The translations under genes were made by a program, and so were the position numbers. From assembly GCA_005191415.1 (NCBI GenBank), contig SUPS01000213.1, positions 1 to 7,206 on the forward strand: a DNA stretch of 7,206 nt, given 5' to 3'. Positions within the stretch are counted from its first letter, which is position 1. Every line of letters begins with the position of its first letter. Positions 4,697 through 7,206 of this stretch are shown here, in pieces. The notes under the pieces were generated by a model. The model was not told where the DNA came from, ran no database searches, and saw only the letters and a program-made list of their open reading frames with translations. The DNA is from Candidatus Helarchaeota ASGARD archaeon Hel_GB_A (GTDB taxonomy: Archaea > Asgardarchaeota > Lokiarchaeia > Helarchaeales > HEL-GB-A).

Positions 4697-5386
4697 TTAT
4701 TTGCGAAAAAAACAACAGTGAAACGCATATCCATCAAGAAAAGCTAACTTTTTTACAGCAGGGTTCACGTTCATGGCTAAAACATTTATTATCAATTGTT
4801 CTGGCGAAATTAGGAAGATACCATTTAGATCGGAACAATCAACTACTCGAAATAATCGATTTGTATATCCTCCCAATACAATACAATGCGTAAACCATGG
4901 CACAATTGCCTGATATTTGTTGTCCCCTATTTTTCTTATATTTTTCCAATCTGCATAAGGTGTAAATCGGAATCCGCCCGCACCATAGGGCACCCATAAA
5001 ATAAGTGGTCCTTTTTTAAGATGCATTACTAACTCTTCTTCTAACTTCTCTAATTCGCCTTCCGCTAATTGAATAAAAAAACTCATGCCATATCCTCTTT
5101 CTCCATTTTTCTGAGCTTTTAATTCAAACCAAGTACAATCGAGATCCTTCACTTGGTGCGCATTCCATTTCAGTTTCTGAGATTTCACCATATAACCTGT
5201 ATAAGGCGCCCAACCAAACAATCCTGCCATCTTCGATGGGAGCGCTCGCTTAAAGTCTTCCTCAGGGGGATATTCATCTGGTACTCCATAAAAATAATCG
5301 AGAATTGTTGCTAAGTTATTGAAAGAGCATTGCGAATACCGCCCTTCCCACTTTACTTCATATTGAATTTCAATTTTCTTTTGCAT
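4697..5386 (-). CDS. hypothetical protein; candidate papain-fold (C39-like) cysteine peptidase or transferase
   Basis: 229-aa ORF. An N-terminal SQCSFNNLATILDYFYG block resembles the nucleophile-Cys helix of C39/phytochelatin-synthase-like papain-fold enzymes. The distal THCIVLGGY...VVDCSD block resembles the His and Asp/Asn strands. No signal peptide is obvious. Motif-level inference only. Confidence 0.65.
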   Translation of the reverse strand: MQKKIEIQYEVKWEGRYSQCSFNNLATILDYFYGVPDEYPPEEDFKRALPSKMAGLFGWAPYTGYMVKSQKLKWNAHQVKDLDCTWFELKAQKNGERGYGMSFFIQLAEGELEKLEEELVMHLKKGPLILWVPYGAGGFRFTPYADWKNIRKIGDNKYQAIVPWFTHCIVLGGYTNRLFRVVDCSDLNGIFLISPEQLIINVLAMNVNPAVKKLAFLDGYAFHCCFFRK

Positions 5387-5446
5387 AATCTATTCAATTA
5401 GCGTCATCATTCTTTCATAAAATGGATTAAAAGATATCAAAACTCG

Positions 5447-5452
5447 AAAAAA
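5447..5452 (-). terminator. oligo-T tract (T6 on the minus strand), candidate terminator after hdrB
   Basis: The minus strand reads TAA-TTTCTTTATTTCTTTTTTCGAG downstream of the hdrB stop (5467-5465). Confidence 0.3.
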
Positions 5453-5464
5453 GAAATAAAGAAA

Positions 5465-6370
5465 TTATAATCCGAGTTTATCAAAAAATGATTGAACTGG
5501 AGTTTGGTGTGTTTCGAGCCCCATTTCAAGAGGAGACATTCCTAAAGCAAGACCAATCAACTGAGTATAAAAAACCACAGGAAGATTAAAGTTAGTGCCA
5601 CGTGCTTTATTGAGTTCTTGTTGTCCCACATCAAATTGAAAGTGACAAAATGCACAAGGCGTAGTTAAAACATCCGCGCTTGCATCTAGCATATTCTGTA
5701 TTTTTTCGGCTGTAAAATCTAATGCTACATCTTTAAATTGTGCTCGGACACCTCCTCCTGCACCACAGCACATATTCCGATCTTTATACATAACCGATTC
5801 TGCCCCAATTGCTTCCATTAAATCATCAAGAACTCTTGGACGTTCTGAAGATCCTTGCTTCCTTACCTTACTTGGTTTTAAGAAGTGACATCCATAATGG
5901 ATCGCCACTTTAATTCCCGTAAGAGGCCGCACTACCGCATCACGGATTTTATCAAATCCAATATCATCTCTCAAGACTTCAATTGTATGTTTTACTTCTA
6001 CAGTACCTTGATACTCATACCCTGTCGCTTCTTTTAGAATCTTATTTACCCGTTCTTTTAACTCTGGTTTCTCATGAAGTAAATGATTTGCTTCTTGCAA
6101 AGACCCATAACACCCGTTACACGTCATGGTTATGTTATTTCCTTGGCGCTCGGCGATCAGAAGATTTCGGGTAGCGATTGTTGCCCATGTAAAGAGATCG
6201 AAACTTCCAAACACCCCTGGTGCAGGACAACAACTTGCGCCTTTCAACTCCACAATTTCAACTCCTAGCCGTCTGAATACTTCAATAGTAGTATATTCAA
6301 TTCCTGGGTAACGATTGGGGGTCAAACATCCTAAAAAATACGCATATTTTTTCTCACTTTCTACTGCCAT
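5465..6370 (-). CDS. hdrB: heterodisulfide reductase subunit B (two CCG domains)
   Basis: Both cysteine-rich CCG motifs fit CX31-39CCX35-36CXXC exactly by my count. The first runs FLGC-31 aa-CC-35 aa-CNGC. The second runs HYGC-39 aa-CC-36 aa-CAFC. I place the start at the ATG 6370-6368 (MAVESEKKYAYFLGC...). It overlaps the hdrC stop as TAATG and is preceded by AGGAGG (complement of 6379-6384). The track's longer ORF to 6412 would overlap hdrC by 43 nt. Confidence 0.9.
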   Translation of the reverse strand: MAVESEKKYAYFLGCLTPNRYPGIEYTTIEVFRRLGVEIVELKGASCCPAPGVFGSFDLFTWATIATRNLLIAERQGNNITMTCNGCYGSLQEANHLLHEKPELKERVNKILKEATGYEYQGTVEVKHTIEVLRDDIGFDKIRDAVVRPLTGIKVAIHYGCHFLKPSKVRKQGSSERPRVLDDLMEAIGAESVMYKDRNMCCGAGGGVRAQFKDVALDFTAEKIQNMLDASADVLTTPCAFCHFQFDVGQQELNKARGTNFNLPVVFYTQLIGLALGMSPLEMGLETHQTPVQSFFDKLGL

Positions 6371-6954
6371 TATTTTTGTGCCTCCTGTGCCTTTTTCCAT
6401 TGTTTTTCCCATATTTCTTTAAATCCCGTCTTCTCGCATATCGCATTAACCTCTTTCAGCCCCTCGGGATACGAATGTACCGTAGGAGGTAATTCGCTTA
6501 ACCCCAACTTCTTTCGAAGCTCCTTTACAGGCTCATTGATGGGAACGGCATGTCCAAATTTAAATAATAATGAACAGACAAAAAGATGATTCTTTTTTGC
6601 ATACCCTTCTCGAAATGCTACATTTCTGATGACCCGAACCGTATCAGTTGTTGAGATGCCTCGAGGACATCGTTCCTGACACGTATAACAGGTAGTGCAA
6701 CACCATAAATCATCCGTATCAAGCACCTCTTCTTTTAAGCCTATCATTGCCTTCTGAAACAGCGTTTTAATTCGCCATGCTGTGCGCCGTCCAGAAGGAC
6801 ATCCACCTACACAAGTGCCACATTGAATACAAGTCCTCACTTTATCTATTTCTGGAAAAATCTTCTCGCCAATTTCGATTACATCATCAAGAAATTTCGT
6901 ATCTCGTACGCGCACGACTTTTTCCTTATCAAGAACCATATTAATTACCTTCAT
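6370..6954 (-). CDS. hdrC: heterodisulfide reductase subunit C (2x[4Fe-4S] ferredoxin-like)
   Basis: The 194-aa protein has two CX2CX2CX3CP cluster motifs (CIQCGTCVGGCP and CTTCYTCQERCP). It lies immediately upstream of, and is translationally coupled to, the CCG-domain subunit. An alternative start at Met6 (6939) is possible. Confidence 0.9.
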   Translation of the reverse strand: MKVINMVLDKEKVVRVRDTKFLDDVIEIGEKIFPEIDKVRTCIQCGTCVGGCPSGRRTAWRIKTLFQKAMIGLKEEVLDTDDLWCCTTCYTCQERCPRGISTTDTVRVIRNVAFREGYAKKNHLFVCSLLFKFGHAVPINEPVKELRKKLGLSELPPTVHSYPEGLKEVNAICEKTGFKEIWEKQWKKAQEAQK

Positions 6955-7206
6955 ATTTCCTAATTTATGTTCGTTGTCAAAACGCCTCTTTTATCTTGGG
7001 CTATCAAGACGGAAGGGAATAATTTTCCTTCTTTTAGGCTTTATTTTCAATTACTCTCTCTTGATAAATTATTGATCTTCAACAAAACATTCTACAATCA
7101 TTTTTTATATTTTTGGATAATTTATTGCCGAAATATAATGAGGATTTTAAGGATAATTTAAGATCTCTCAATAAATCAGTAAATTATTTCAATCGGAACT
7201 ATAAAT

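Noticed and set aside
5983-6311. Three 61-63-aa + strand ORFs opposite hdrB
   Set aside because: They lie antisense to a CDS whose two CCG motifs match the family consensus exactly, so they are shadow ORFs.
6371-6412. Longer N-terminus of hdrB (MGKTMEKGTGGTKI...) as given in the ORF track
   Set aside because: It would overlap hdrC by 43 nt. The internal ATG at 6370-6368 forms a TAATG stop/start overlap and has AGGAGG at proper spacing, and the protein from that start has the usual HdrB length.
6967-7161. 64-aa + strand ORF upstream of hdrC
   Set aside because: It lies in an AT-rich promoter-type spacer. The Phe/Leu/Ile/Asn-rich translation reflects base composition, there is no ribosome-binding site, and it diverges from nothing recognisable.
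1-7206. CRISPR arrays, transposases/IS ends, integrase-type or att-like repeats next to the tRNA genes
   Set aside because: I found no direct repeats at regular spacing, no recombinase-like ORF, and no duplicated tRNA 3' segment anywhere in the window.

Overview
Strongly AT-rich archaeal chromosomal window; structured-RNA genes stand out as GC-rich islands. All family assignments are motif-level readings by eye; no searches were run.

Left to right:
- a 5'-partial hypothetical CDS (+)
- a co-oriented tRNA-Trp(CCA)/tRNA-Pro(UGG) pair (-), both interrupted by introns, three in total and two at non-canonical positions
- a hypothetical multi-pass membrane protein (+)
- a 5S rRNA gene (+) whose two parts are in swapped order
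- a likely operon of a DUF1512-like membrane-anchored protein and a small membrane zinc-ribbon protein (+)
- archaeal-type phosphopantetheine adenylyltransferase (+)
- a papain-fold-like cysteine peptidase candidate (-)
- hdrC-hdrB, heterodisulfide reductase subunits (-)

The outstanding observation is the 5S locus. The 3' two-thirds of a canonical archaeal 5S lies upstream of the 5' third. The natural ends are fused by a cUUCGg tetraloop capping helix I. The new ends are flanked by a 12-bp complementary stem with a bulge-helix-loop arrangement reminiscent of archaeal splicing-endonuclease substrates. This fits a circularly permuted, possibly circularised, 5S rRNA.

Second, the long tRNA-Trp intron carries a box D'/C'-like pair whose guide places tRNA position 39 at the N+5 methylation position.

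No CRISPR array, transposase or obvious mobile element was seen.
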